DNA of 64,000 bases, from contig MU053588.1 in NCBI GenBank assembly GCA_013239625.1, forward strand, positions 1,389,988-1,453,987. The letters run 5' to 3'. A program made the position numbers and the translations under genes. The DNA comes from Lama guanicoe (lineage: Eukaryota). The notes beneath the pieces are model-generated. The model was not told the DNA's origin. It was given only the letters and a program-made list of their open reading frames with translations, and did no database searches. Shown here piece by piece: positions 62,801 through 64,000 of this stretch. Positions within the stretch are counted from its first letter, which is position 1, and every line of letters begins with the position of its first letter.

Positions 62801-64000
62801 AAGCTCCACGACCTTGGCTTTCCTGCCTCTCGTTCTCCTATCCTGTTAACAGGAGTGCGGAGGCAAGCTTCACAGTGTAATCATTCCAGGAAAGGAACTG
62901 GACTGGGAATGGGCCTCGTATGTGGAAAGGCGGGGGAGGGGGTGTTGAGGGGAGCAGGTAACTAGTTAACACATCTCTTCTTTCAGAAGGGTGGGACAGA
63001 TTTGAAAGGAGGCTAACTCCCTAGAGGTAGGATTTATTAGATGGTTTCAGTAATCTAGCTCCTTCCCCCAGGCAATTCAGCCCTGGCAGGCCCTTCTCTC
63101 CTTTGAGGGGGCGTGGCGTGTGGATATTGGTGGGGAGATGGAATTTCAGGTAAAACCCTCTCAGCTCCCCACCCAACCCAGCCTCTTGGGGGTCAAGAAC
63201 AGGAAAGAGCCACAAACCCCCACAAAACTTCTTCGCCCCAAAGAAAAAAATTCCTCCTACTGAAACCACACTTGGAAATAATCAAGACCTTAAGAAAAGT
63301 TCTGGCCAGAGGTAATTTTCTAGGTTAAACATAACAACAACAGAAGAGGCTTTAAAGATCAAAACACCAGCCTGTTCCAATGGGACACACACCTAGAAGG
63401 CTTTGAAAAGAAAGAGCTGAGAGGGGCAAGTTGCTGGAAGGACCAAGGAGGGCCTGGAGGGACAGCAGTGAGTAGGGAAGGTCTGTACAAAGTGGAAGGT
63501 GAGGGGTAGGAGGGCCCTCCCTGGAGGGGGAGATGGCCCTGGAGGGTACTGAGGGGCTGCCTCCTTCCAGAGGAATCCACCATACCTAATGCCCTCAGGA
63601 CTGTCTAGCCAGAATATCCAAAACAGCAGACCAGGTGAGCATCCCTACCAAGGGCTTCAGCCAGGGCTGTGGCATCTGGTGTACCACGCCCAGTAACATT
63701 ACTGCATACCGCTGATGGCCCATTTTGTAATTAAAGGTCATCCCATATAGTTAAGAAGACATTAATAATTCCCAAGTGGACAAAGTTGTTGCAGTTCCCT
63801 TTAAAAAGGGATAGACTCTATCTTTTAAAGATAATATTAAAGTATTTTTGGAGGAAATGATAGGCTGTCTGGGATTACATTAGAATAATCCCCTGGGAGG
63901 ATGGGTAAAGATATAGATTAAAAAAAGATTGACTACAAATATGAAAAGGAATATAAGTATGTTCATGTATGACTGAAGCATTATGCTATACACCAGAAAT

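Noticed and set aside
1..64000. CRISPR arrays, operons, prokaryotic defence systems
   Set aside because: The sequence is intron-containing mammalian DNA; no regularly spaced direct repeats were seen.

Overview
Mammalian genomic DNA, probably a camelid judging by the tRNA-derived SINE and L1 3' ends (inference). It covers the SARS2-MRPS12-FBXO17-FBXO27 neighbourhood. From left to right: the 5' part of SARS2 (- strand; exons 1-5 intact, exon 6 breaks off near nt 140), a CCAAT-box bidirectional promoter, complete MRPS12 (+, 139 aa), complete FBXO17 (-, 278 aa), a repeat-rich interval with two CpG islands, and two tandem diverged FBXO27-like genes (copy A about 44.9-48.0 kb, copy B about 55.5-59.9 kb, both -). 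The main signal is in these two copies. Their F-box exon is nucleotide-identical and parts of their introns and 3' UTR are about 99% identical, yet the substrate/glycan-binding exons differ heavily and almost only non-synonymously. That pattern suggests gene conversion plus diversifying selection on SCF substrate adaptors. Each copy carries one lesion (A: start ATG>ATA; B: exon-3 donor GT>GG), and the two lesions are complementary. Exon coordinates were derived by hand. Ortholog comparisons and repeat family names are from memory, and repeat boundaries are approximate.
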